From contig CAVOJZ010000002.1 in the NCBI GenBank assembly GCA_963696395.1, positions 296,347-360,346 of the forward strand: a stretch of 64,000 nucleotides of DNA, in the 5' to 3' direction. Position 1 is the stretch's first letter, and each line of letters begins with the position of its first letter. Below are positions 27,978-35,891 of this stretch, piece by piece. Under the pieces are notes generated by a model. The model had not been told where the DNA came from. It searched no databases and worked only from the letters and a program-made list of their open reading frames with translations. This DNA is from an uncultured bacterium. GTDB taxonomy: Bacteria; Patescibacteriota; Minisyncoccia; UBA6257; 2-01-FULL-56-20. Both the position numbers and the translations under genes were made by a program.

Positions 27978-28466
27978 TTACTGCGCCGGCCCCGGGTGCG
28001 CTATCCGATAGCGATATTCGTGTACCACGAGAAAAACCACCACGATATCAACGATGGTGATGGCCCATAAAACGATCGACGGCGTGAACGTCAGTTGATA
28101 GAACTGATAGATGATGAAAAGAATGAAGACGACGATAGATACCGGATACACCCAGAGCTTATTAAGCCAAAGGCCGGTCAGTAAAAATATTTTTACGATG
28201 CCGTGGGAAAGAAAAATAAATGCCCATACGGATTGCGGCGTCGCCGAAAATCGTTGCATTTCGTTTGCAACAAATTGCCAGACAAAGTCGCGGGGGGTTT
28301 CGGAGAATTCATCGCCGAATAACGGCAGGATGATGGCGCGTAACGTGTCGTAGCTCAGGAATGCGACGGCAAGTCCGGAAATAATCTCCCCGATGCTGAT
28401 AAGCGCCTTCACAATAATGCCGGCGCGAAACAACGAATAGTAGGTTTTTTCGGGCATGGCCTTCAT
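27978..28466 (-). CDS. Hypothetical membrane protein (DUF2127-like)
   Basis: It has four TM helices. An internal Met start was chosen (MKAMPEKTYY). Confidence 0.4.
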   Translation of the reverse strand: MKAMPEKTYYSLFRAGIIVKALISIGEIISGLAVAFLSYDTLRAIILPLFGDEFSETPRDFVWQFVANEMQRFSATPQSVWAFIFLSHGIVKIFLLTGLWLNKLWVYPVSIVVFILFIIYQFYQLTFTPSIVLWAITIVDIVVVFLVVHEYRYRIAHPGPAQ

Positions 28467-28519
28467 CCCCTGATTATACTGCAATTTTATGCTTCCAAGC
28501 GATGTAGTAGAATAGAACA

Positions 28520-29008
28520 ATGATTACAAAACAAGACATTTTGGATGAATTCAAAGAAGAGGTTCCGGGAACGCGGAAAATGCTCGAGCGGGTTCCGTTC
28601 GATAAGCTCGATTTTAAACCGTCGCCAAAATCCATGCCGCTCGGACAAATGGCGATCATGGTAAGCCTGATCCCCACCTGGTTCCTGAGTGTCGTTAATG
28701 AATCCGGCGTTGACACGGGGACCTTCAAACAACCGGCGAAACCGAAAGACGTGGAGGAGATGCTGAAGAATTTCGACAAGGGCGTCCAGGATGCCGAAAA
28801 AGCGATTGCCGGAATGGACGAGGCATCGCTCAAGGGAAACTGGTCTCTTAAAATTAAAGGCGAAACGGTCATGGAGATGCCGCGCGGGATCATGTTGCGG
28901 CAAACCATAAACCATCTCGTCCATCATCGTGCGCAACTCGGCGTGTATCTTAAAATACTCGGCATCCCCCATCCCGCAATCTACGGTCCGTCCGGAGACG
29001 AGCACTAA
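28520..29008 (+). CDS. DinB/YfiT-like metal-dependent hydrolase family protein
   Basis: The four-helix DinB_2 pattern with a C-terminal HHRAQL motif is present. Confidence 0.55.
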   Translation: MITKQDILDEFKEEVPGTRKMLERVPFDKLDFKPSPKSMPLGQMAIMVSLIPTWFLSVVNESGVDTGTFKQPAKPKDVEEMLKNFDKGVQDAEKAIAGMDEASLKGNWSLKIKGETVMEMPRGIMLRQTINHLVHHRAQLGVYLKILGIPHPAIYGPSGDEH

Positions 29009-29030
29009 GCCGGGAAAATAAATTTGCAGA

Positions 29031-29063
29031 AATAAAAAGACCCGCGAACAATGCGCGCGGGTC
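29031..29063 (-). terminator. Intrinsic terminator between convergent genes
   Basis: The hairpin gacccgcg..cgcgggtc is followed by a U-run on the minus strand. Confidence 0.6.
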
Positions 29064-29077
29064 TGTTAGAAAAAATC

Positions 29078-30169
29078 TTAAGGTGTGAATTCAACCGAGT
29101 TCAAGACGATCGGGGTGTCGCCCTGGAGCAGGTCAACCTGAATCGCCCCTTCGACGCCGTCCATATATTTCACGTCTCCACTTTTTTGAATCACCGCCGT
29201 TAATGTGACTTTATCCTCCGGGTCAACCCGAATGAAGAAATCATCAACGACGAGCGTGAGGACATACGACGAGCCCGGCGACAAAATGAAAGCATCCGGA
29301 GGAAGCGTCCATTTTACCCAGCACGTGTTATCGCCGTTGCAGACCGGACCGTGTTTTTGCGTCGCTCCAAGCGATTCGGTGATATTTATCCCGTTTGGAT
29401 CGACGAATTCCACGCGCGCGGCAAACAGCGGACCCGGTGCGTTACCACCGAAGGTAACTTTGAGCTCTGTCGGTGAAACGGCGCCGGCAGGATTCGCCAT
29501 AAGGGTCACCTGCGAGAAAGGATCGAAATTCAATCTCATCCGATTTTTTTTCTCGCCAAGACCTTCCGCTGAAACCAGCATAATGCTCCGCAGGATGGTT
29601 TGCGGCGCCCCTCGAGCATCAAGCAGGATCCTTGTTATCGGGCGTCCGTTCACATCGGTGACTGTCACAGCCTGATCGGGCTTTTGATTTCCCGGATCCC
29701 CTGTGACAGCAACTTCGAAATGGTCAACCTCCCCGTCAGTCATGTTCTGACCATAAGGAAGAACGTCAACACAAATCGATATCGGAATGAAAGCGTACGG
29801 TGGAATGACCGGCGGCTTCGGAAAATCTATGCGATACAGAAATCCGGGTTTTTTTCCGCCCGATTGGATTGGCTCTCCCGCAACCCCGATCAATTGGGAT
29901 TCCAGAAATGCCTGCATGTTTGTGACGTCGACTTGCTGCCCCGGCTTTTGATTCTTTTCAAAAACGTTCATCCCCTTGAGGAGTAAGCCCTCATATGTGT
30001 TGTTCTGCACTAAAAGCGTGAGAACTGTGTTTCCGGTGCTCCCCATCACAAGTTGACTGGCGGACGGTTCGTTAGGAACGGCCGTAACAGATAATTCCGG
30101 CTGAGCCACGGCCATGCTGGCTGTCACACAAAAGGCTGCAACGATCGCAAGCAATTTCAAACGTTTCAA
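29078..30169 (-). CDS. Hypothetical secreted protein
   Basis: It has a signal peptide MKRLKLLAIVAAFCVTASMAVA. No known domain was recognised. Confidence 0.4.
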   Translation of the reverse strand: MKRLKLLAIVAAFCVTASMAVAQPELSVTAVPNEPSASQLVMGSTGNTVLTLLVQNNTYEGLLLKGMNVFEKNQKPGQQVDVTNMQAFLESQLIGVAGEPIQSGGKKPGFLYRIDFPKPPVIPPYAFIPISICVDVLPYGQNMTDGEVDHFEVAVTGDPGNQKPDQAVTVTDVNGRPITRILLDARGAPQTILRSIMLVSAEGLGEKKNRMRLNFDPFSQVTLMANPAGAVSPTELKVTFGGNAPGPLFAARVEFVDPNGINITESLGATQKHGPVCNGDNTCWVKWTLPPDAFILSPGSSYVLTLVVDDFFIRVDPEDKVTLTAVIQKSGDVKYMDGVEGAIQVDLLQGDTPIVLNSVEFTP

Positions 30170-30243
30170 TGGTCACCTTCTCTGGTTGAATTTTACAGAA
30201 CTGGACATAGTTTATCACAAAAAAGCCATTCTGGCAAATCAAC

Positions 30244-30388
30244 GCGGAGGCGGAAGGAAATCGAACGTCGCTCGAAGACTCGCTCCCTGAGAACCCTCGG
30301 TTCTCAGCCTCTCTCCTACACGGGAGGGGCAGCCTGCCCCTCCCGACCCCTCCCCTCGTTCGAATCCATCAGTTTCAGAAAACAAAAA
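30244..30388. other. Structured non-coding insert downstream of tRNA-Ser(GCT), beginning with an imperfect direct repeat of the tRNA 3' end
   Basis: gcggaggcggaagga(a)atcgaac at 30244-30267 matches gcggaggcggaaggattcgaac inside the tRNA (30421-30443). A perfect 9-bp hairpin at 30287-30307 has a CUC loop, and a GGGAGGGGCAG/CTGCCCCTCCC hairpin sits at 30322-30344. Both are homologous to modules at 19300-19365. Confidence 0.6.
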
Positions 30389-30419
30389 TGAACGAGACAA
30401 GCCCGTTCATTTTTGTTTT
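30381..30419. terminator. Bidirectional intrinsic terminator
   Basis: The hairpin atgaacg..cgttcat is flanked by an A-run upstream and TTTTGTTTT downstream. It sits immediately 3' of tRNA-Ser on the minus strand and 3' of the insert on the plus strand. Confidence 0.7.
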
Positions 30420-30420
30420 G

Positions 30421-30507
30421 CGGAGGCGGAAGGATTCGAACCTTCGAGGGGATTTCTCCCCTAACATCTTAGCAGGATGCTGCCTTCAGCCACTCGGCCA
30501 CGCCTCC
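30421..30507 (-). tRNA. tRNA-Ser(GCT), class II
   Basis: The reverse complement GGAGGCGTGGCCGAGTGGCTGAAGGCAGCATCCTGCTAAGATGTTAGGGGAGAAATCCCCTCGAAGGTTCGAATCCTTCCGCCTCCG has anticodon loop CTGCTAA and a long variable arm. Confidence 0.8.
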
Positions 30508-30579
30508 AAATTACCAGGTAAGGTTACCGCACGCGGGACAAAAAGAAAAGGCGGTCGGGGGTTCGACCGCCAGGAGAAC

Positions 30580-31107
30580 TTAGTGCCTGTGGCGTTTCAG
30601 CGCCTTTTGCTTTTTCAGATGCTTTTGGACGCTGCGCTTATCGTTTGCTTTCTTTTCGAAATCATCGATGAGCCTGTCCCACATCCTCGTGCCATTGATT
30701 TTTATGCCGAATTTGTGGAACGTTGAAATATAGTTTTGTCGGCTCAGTGCCCCTTCGCAATACCGCGAGTCAGGCGTCCGGCAATGGGTTTGCCCATGGC
30801 CATGGCGCATTTGTATAGCACTCGCAATCGTAGTCCAAAGAGGTTCTGCGGGATCAACGATGGTTTCGCCGGCGGAATCACGCAATTCGATCTGCCGGAC
30901 AACAACTGCGACGCCGAAAACACCTTCGTCTTCGCATTCTGGGTTTGAGCACTTTGCGGCTTTTTCAGCCGGCTCATAATTGAATTTGACTGTGAAGCGT
31001 ATTTTACCGTGCGCGAAGCGAACTTCCCGCGGGTAATCCACCATAGGGCTTGCTCCTCCTGCTACCTTCATTTTCCCGCAGTATTCGGATCGGTCAATGG
31101 TGCACAA
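30580..31107 (-). CDS. Hypothetical protein with a basic C-terminus
   Basis: The ORF has a downstream terminator hairpin (ggcggtcg..cgaccgcc). No recognisable domain was found. Confidence 0.35.
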   Translation of the reverse strand: MCTIDRSEYCGKMKVAGGASPMVDYPREVRFAHGKIRFTVKFNYEPAEKAAKCSNPECEDEGVFGVAVVVRQIELRDSAGETIVDPAEPLWTTIASAIQMRHGHGQTHCRTPDSRYCEGALSRQNYISTFHKFGIKINGTRMWDRLIDDFEKKANDKRSVQKHLKKQKALKRHRH

Positions 31108-31149
31108 CTTTAATGAAACAATTTTCAGCCCGTAAGCGTATGACTAGCA

Positions 31150-32070
31150 ATGAACCATTTCAAAGGCTTTTTAGCGGCATCGTTTTTCATCATCGGAATC
31201 CCGGTTTTTTCAGTTGTCCCGTCGGTTGTTCCGTCGGTCGCCCCGACAGCCGTTAATTCTGGCGTCGGTTCGAATACGTCGCTCAACTGGTCCGGCTACG
31301 TGGCGACTCAAGGGACGTTTACCTCGGTGAGCGGCACATGGAACGTTCCCTCGGTCACCGCCACCACGAACAATACGGCGGATGCGACTTGGGTTGGCAT
31401 CGGCGGTGTTTCAACCCACGACCTGATTCAAGCCGGAACCCAGGCTCTCACGGACCAGGGAGGAACCGTGACCTATGAGGCGTGGTACGAAACCTTGCCA
31501 CAAGACATGCAGTCGGTGCCGCTCCCAATTCACGCGGGTGATTCAATCGGTGTCTCCATCTCGCAAGCGGCGCCTTTGACATCCTCGCCGACCGTTTGGC
31601 AGATTTCATTCATTGACCACACGACCGGAGGAACGTATACGACAAACGTAAGTTACAACTCATCATTTTCATCCGCGGAATGGGTCGAAGAGATGCCGAC
31701 GGCGAACATTGGCTTCATTCCGCTCGACAACTTTGGCGCAATCTCATTCACCGACGGCTCGGCAGTCGTTGACGGAGCTTCGGCCACCATCGCGGGAGCC
31801 AATGCGCAACCGATAAGCATGATCACGCAAGCCGGCGAAACGCTTGCGACCCCGTCAGCTCTCGGCAGCGATGGAGCGAGTTTTACGATAACGCGGACAA
31901 ACGCCGTTTCAACAGCGCCGTCTGCAGGCCGCAACCCTCACTATTTTGTCCGGGGCGCATACCGTCGCACGGGGATAGCCGTGAGCAACGGGACGATTCC
32001 GACGGCGGCGTTCCCGTGGTTCCGGTTCTTTTCCACCCGCTTCGGCAATTTAAAAGTTTTCCACTACTAA
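31150..32070 (+). CDS. Secreted peptidase G1 (eqolisin / scytalidoglutamic peptidase, Peptidase_A4) family protein
   Basis: It has a signal peptide and the family hallmarks NWSGYVAT, TWVGIGGVST and YEAWYETLP. Confidence 0.65.
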   Translation: MNHFKGFLAASFFIIGIPVFSVVPSVVPSVAPTAVNSGVGSNTSLNWSGYVATQGTFTSVSGTWNVPSVTATTNNTADATWVGIGGVSTHDLIQAGTQALTDQGGTVTYEAWYETLPQDMQSVPLPIHAGDSIGVSISQAAPLTSSPTVWQISFIDHTTGGTYTTNVSYNSSFSSAEWVEEMPTANIGFIPLDNFGAISFTDGSAVVDGASATIAGANAQPISMITQAGETLATPSALGSDGASFTITRTNAVSTAPSAGRNPHYFVRGAYRRTGIAVSNGTIPTAAFPWFRFFSTRFGNLKVFHY

Positions 32071-32100
32071 GGCGCCACGTTCCGCAGTATAATAGTAGGC

Positions 32101-32502
32101 ATGCTGAAAGGCTTCCGAGAGTTTATCCTGCGCGGAAACGTCATTGACCTTGCCGTTGGTATTATGGTTGGCGCCGCATTCAATAGCGTTGTGACGGCGC
32201 TCGTGAAAGACCTCATGACCCCGCTTATTGCGGCGGTTGCAACCCAGCCAAATTTTTCGGCACTCACCTTTACCATCCGCGGCAGCCAGTTTTCTTACGG
32301 AGATTTTTTGAATAATCTGATTTCATTCTTGATTCTTGCCGCAACGATCTATTTCTTCATCGTCCTGCCCGTCAATAAATTGAACGAACGAATGCATAAG
32401 GGGCCGCCGCCGGAAGCGACGACAAAGACGTGCCCCGAGTGTCTTTCAAACATTCCCATCAAGGCGACGCGCTGCGCTTACTGCACGGCAAAATTAGCTT
32501 AG
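32101..32502 (+). CDS. mscL: Large-conductance mechanosensitive channel MscL with a C-terminal CxxC..CxxC zinc-ribbon tail
   Basis: The MscL N-terminus GFREFILRGNVIDLAVGIMVGAAF and TM2 are present. The C-terminus CPECLSNIPIKATRCAYCTAKL is a zinc ribbon. Confidence 0.82.
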   Translation: MLKGFREFILRGNVIDLAVGIMVGAAFNSVVTALVKDLMTPLIAAVATQPNFSALTFTIRGSQFSYGDFLNNLISFLILAATIYFFIVLPVNKLNERMHKGPPPEATTKTCPECLSNIPIKATRCAYCTAKLA

Positions 32503-32531
32503 AGCCCGAATTCCTGATATAATAGAGGTCT

Positions 32532-34337
32532 ATGGCAGTACCTCCTCGATCACCCGCACCAAGGGCGGCCCTTACCCGCGAAACCTTTTTCGAGGGCGCC
32601 CGCGTCATCAAGAACCAGCTTGTTCCGCACAAGCGCCTTTTGATTATCCTCTCCATTCTCGGACTTCTCGACGCAACGGCACAGGCATTCGTTCCGCTAA
32701 TTTCCGGAAAAGTGTTTGACGCCGTGATCGGTATCGCGCGCAACAATCTTACACCACTCACCCCGATCTTTACGCTCATCGGCGTCTGGCTTGCCCTGCA
32801 GGTGACGGACAACATCGTGAGCTGGCGCACCGGATTCAGCAACGATAAATTAAGCACAAACCTCGGCGCCGAGTACACGGCCAACGCATTCGGGAAAGTG
32901 CTCGAGATGCCGTTGTCATTCCACACCACCCAGAAGCAAGGCGACGTAAATGATCGCATCACCCGTGCGGGCAATTGGATCGACAATATCGTGGGCAACG
33001 TCCTCCTCACACTCCTCCCCAATTTTTTGAGCGTCATCGTCGCGCTCGTCATTACTTCTTTTATTAACTGGCGACTCACTATTATCCTCATCGTTGCCAT
33101 CGCGATTTATGTATTCATTTTGTGGAGCGCCATTCCCCGCCTCGCCGCACTCCAGCGAAAAATGAACCGCGCCTACAACCAGGCCGGCGGCAACGTTTTC
33201 GATATCATGGGCAATATCCGCGAGATTAAACAGGCGGCAACGGAAGAGAAAGAACAAAAACAGATACGCACCGATTTCGTCCGTCGCGCGGCGAAATTCT
33301 GGATAGACATGGACAACGTCGCGCAAGGTCTCAGCTTTGCGCAGAAAATCGTTGTCACGCTCACCCAGCTCACAATCTTCGTTATCTCAATTTTCCTCGT
33401 GCGCGACGGAACTATAACACCCGGGCAACTTGTTGCATTCAACGCCTACGCTGCAATGATTCTCGGCCCGTTCGTCATGCTCGGCCAGCAATGGCAGATG
33501 GTGCAAAACGGGCTTGTCTCCATCGCGCGCGCGGAAAAAATTCTCAGTTACCCCACGGAAGTGTACGAGCCGAAAAATGCCACCGTTCCGCAAAAGCTCA
33601 ATGGCAGTGTCATCTTCGATAACGTCCGCTTCTCATACAAAGGCGGCCGCGAGATCTTGCGCGGAGCTTCCTTCGCTGTCCGTCCCGGAGAAAAAGTTGC
33701 GCTCGTCGGTGAATCGGGCATGGGCAAGACAACCATCATAGACCTGCTCTCCGGGTTTTATTTCCCCAATAAAGGCAAAATCCTGGTTGACGGCACGGAC
33801 ATCCGCCGGATGGACTTGCAGGCATACCGATCAAAGATCGGCATTGTCCCGCAGGAGCCCACGCTCTTTAACGACACGATCGAGGCTAACCTCCGCTACG
33901 GCAACAGCAAAAAAACACGCGAACAGATGGTTGACGCGGCGCGCGAAGCGCACGCGGAAAACTTCATCGAGGGGTTTCCGCGAAAATATAAGCAGGTTGT
34001 CGGCTGGCGCGGCGTAAAACTTTCCATCGGGCAAAAACAGCGTATTGCCCTCGCGCGCGCATTTCTCCGTAACCCGGACATCCTCGTGCTCGACGAGCCC
34101 ACGTCGGCGCTCGACGCGCATTCGGAACATCTCATTAAAGAATCATTAAAAAAGTTGATGGCCGGGCGAACCACGTTCATCATCGCACACCGCCTTTCAA
34201 CCGTCCGCGAAGCCGACAAAATACTTGTCATCAAAGACGGCATCGTCGCCGAACAAGGCAATCATCGCGAACTCATCGCCATCCCCGGCGGCGCGTACCG
34301 GATGCTCTACGAACTGCAAACCGGATTCACGGGGTAA
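32532..34337 (+). CDS. ABC transporter, fused permease/ATP-binding exporter (MsbA-like)
   Basis: It has six TM helices, then Walker A GESGMGKTT, the signature LSIGQKQR and Walker B ILVLDEPTSALD. Confidence 0.9.
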   Translation: MAVPPRSPAPRAALTRETFFEGARVIKNQLVPHKRLLIILSILGLLDATAQAFVPLISGKVFDAVIGIARNNLTPLTPIFTLIGVWLALQVTDNIVSWRTGFSNDKLSTNLGAEYTANAFGKVLEMPLSFHTTQKQGDVNDRITRAGNWIDNIVGNVLLTLLPNFLSVIVALVITSFINWRLTIILIVAIAIYVFILWSAIPRLAALQRKMNRAYNQAGGNVFDIMGNIREIKQAATEEKEQKQIRTDFVRRAAKFWIDMDNVAQGLSFAQKIVVTLTQLTIFVISIFLVRDGTITPGQLVAFNAYAAMILGPFVMLGQQWQMVQNGLVSIARAEKILSYPTEVYEPKNATVPQKLNGSVIFDNVRFSYKGGREILRGASFAVRPGEKVALVGESGMGKTTIIDLLSGFYFPNKGKILVDGTDIRRMDLQAYRSKIGIVPQEPTLFNDTIEANLRYGNSKKTREQMVDAAREAHAENFIEGFPRKYKQVVGWRGVKLSIGQKQRIALARAFLRNPDILVLDEPTSALDAHSEHLIKESLKKLMAGRTTFIIAHRLSTVREADKILVIKDGIVAEQGNHRELIAIPGGAYRMLYELQTGFTG

Positions 34338-34343
34338 GTCTGG

Positions 34344-34380
34344 GCACAGGCGTGGACAGCTTTCGAACGATTTTGTGGTG
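34344..34380 (+). repeat. Intergenic repeat, copy 1 of the GCACAGG..TGGAC..TTCGAAC family
   Basis: Copy 1 reads gcacaggcgtggacagctttcgaacgattttgtggtg. Copies 2-4 are at 34822, 35348 and 35863. Confidence 0.6.
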
Positions 34381-34407
34381 TAATATGGCTCGCTAGATTA
34401 CACCCCC

Positions 34408-34764
34408 TCACCCAGTAGATACTTGCTTTGGCTCGCGCCAAATATTCAGATACCAATAGATCGGCATTGCAACTACGTTGCCGAACAACAAAAGTATAAC
34501 CCACAACACTTTCTTTTCTTGTGGAAGTCGTTTATTCGCAAAGAGATCTTTGACGAATATGACGAGTAGGACAATTATAAGAATCCAAGCAAATATATCC
34601 ATCCCAATGAAGTAAAGGAATTCTGGCGGTGGTGCGGATGTGTTCGAGGGTTGCTGCGGAACTGTCGTAGCAACAAAGATGAATAGAACAAAAAATACCG
34701 GCAGCATTATAACGGGCAAAATCGATAGTACCCCCAAGAGGATTTTTCTCCGCTTCGACCTCAT
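34408..34764 (-). CDS. Hypothetical membrane protein (PLD-nuclease N-terminal-like small TM protein)
   Basis: It has two or three TM helices. No catalytic motif was found. Confidence 0.4.
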   Translation of the reverse strand: MRSKRRKILLGVLSILPVIMLPVFFVLFIFVATTVPQQPSNTSAPPPEFLYFIGMDIFAWILIIVLLVIFVKDLFANKRLPQEKKVLWVILLLFGNVVAMPIYWYLNIWREPKQVSTG

Positions 34765-34821
34765 GAACTCAGTATAGCATTTGATTTGTGTGTAACGTTT
34801 CGCGGAGAAATCTTGTTCCCC

Positions 34822-34857
34822 GCACAGGGCTGGACGATGTTCGAACAGTTTTGATAC
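34822..34857 (+). repeat. Intergenic repeat, copy 2
   Basis: gcacagggctggacgatgttcgaacagttttgatac contains the palindrome tgttcgaaca. Confidence 0.6.
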
Positions 34858-34900
34858 TCAAAGAAAAACGCCTCATTGCTGAGGCGTAAGCTGTTCTGGC

Positions 34901-35281
34901 CTATTTCTTTCGATCAACCCAGTCAGCTTGCTGATACATGGGACAGATCCACGACGGGCACGCGCCCCTCGCAAAAATAACAATGCCGATCGCGTTTAGA
35001 CCGAATTTTCGCCGTGCGGTTTCCATTGAAGCTCCCGTAGTGAGCACGTCGTCAACGATGAGGATTTGAGAGCTCTCGGATTTGTATTTTTCGAGTGCTT
35101 TCGCAAAACGTAACCCTCCACTCGGGATTCCGTACACCGTACCGAACTTGAATGTCTTAGCAACGACCGAGGCAAAGGTTTCGATTATCTCGTCGCTCAA
35201 TGCATCGCAGTCGATTTTGAACGAAAGGTCTTTGCCAGCGTGGGAAACAAAATGCTTACTTACAAACAAATCCATACCCAA
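34901..35281 (-). CDS. Type I phosphoribosyltransferase-domain protein (ComF-like or PRTase fragment)
   Basis: The PRPP-binding loop ILIVDDVLTTGASM is present. At 126 aa it is short for a full ComF. Confidence 0.5.
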   Translation of the reverse strand: MGMDLFVSKHFVSHAGKDLSFKIDCDALSDEIIETFASVVAKTFKFGTVYGIPSGGLRFAKALEKYKSESSQILIVDDVLTTGASMETARRKFGLNAIGIVIFARGACPSWICPMYQQADWVDRKK

Positions 35282-35347
35282 CTCCTTCAGTGTTCTGCGT
35301 CATATGATACCTATCAATCTTCGATAAATCAAACTGCATGCGAAGAT

Positions 35348-35375
35348 CTGGACGATGTTCGAATAATTTTGATAC
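35348..35375 (+). repeat. Intergenic repeat, copy 3
   Basis: ctggacgatgttcgaataattttgatac lies about 25 nt upstream of the 35400 gene start. Confidence 0.6.
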
Positions 35376-35399
35376 CATGAGACTAGGAAAGGAGTTTAT

Positions 35400-35654
35400 A
35401 TGCAAGGAATTGGCGGAACGGGTCTTTATGGTAAAGAAAGAACGCTTGCCGCTGCCCTAAGAGCTGACCGGCAGACTCTCAAAAATGCGCCTCTTGGGCC
35501 ACGTCAACGACGGGAGCATGAGAAGCGGGTCGCCGAAACTCAAGCAGGGTTGAAATCTGTTCGCGCAGAAATTCGTGCGGCTAAGGCAAAGGCGAGAATT
35601 GATGCTGGGATAGGAGATACGCGCACCCTCTTGCATCACGAGTTTCCAGACTAG
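35400..35654 (+). CDS. Hypothetical small protein (84 aa), coiled-coil-like
   Basis: A GGAAAGGAG ribosome-binding site precedes the start. No known domain was recognised. Confidence 0.35.
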   Translation: MQGIGGTGLYGKERTLAAALRADRQTLKNAPLGPRQRREHEKRVAETQAGLKSVRAEIRAAKAKARIDAGIGDTRTLLHHEFPD

Positions 35655-35677
35655 ACTTCTCTCAGTTGGAGGCGAAA

Positions 35678-35809
35678 ATGTGTTGGCGAGACGACGTTGT
35701 GATGAGCCGCATTTACATAACGTGCAAGCAAAAATACTATGGCGATCTTGGACATAGAAATTGTCCGGGATCGCCTAAGAAGCGAAAGAAGAAAAACAGA
35801 AAGCGTTAA
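35678..35809 (+). CDS. Possible 43-aa Lys/Arg-rich small protein
   Basis: A GGAGG ribosome-binding site lies 9 nt upstream. The translation is MCWRDDVVMSRIYITCKQKYYGDLGHRNCPGSPKKRKKKNRKR. An intrinsic terminator follows at 35832-35860. It is below the ORF-track size cutoff. Confidence 0.25.
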   Translation: MCWRDDVVMSRIYITCKQKYYGDLGHRNCPGSPKKRKKKNRKR

Positions 35810-35831
35810 GCTTTACCGCAATCGGGAATAT

Positions 35832-35860
35832 GCGCCGGCGTAAGAGTCGGCGCTTTTTTT
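35832..35860 (+). terminator. Intrinsic terminator
   Basis: The hairpin gcgccg..cggcgc is followed by a T7 run. Confidence 0.7.
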
Positions 35861-35862
35861 GT

Positions 35863-35891
35863 GCACAGGACTGGATTCGAACAACACGAAC
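35863..35891 (+). repeat. Intergenic repeat, copy 4 (partial)
   Basis: Copy 4 reads gcacaggactggattcgaacaacacgaac. Confidence 0.5.
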
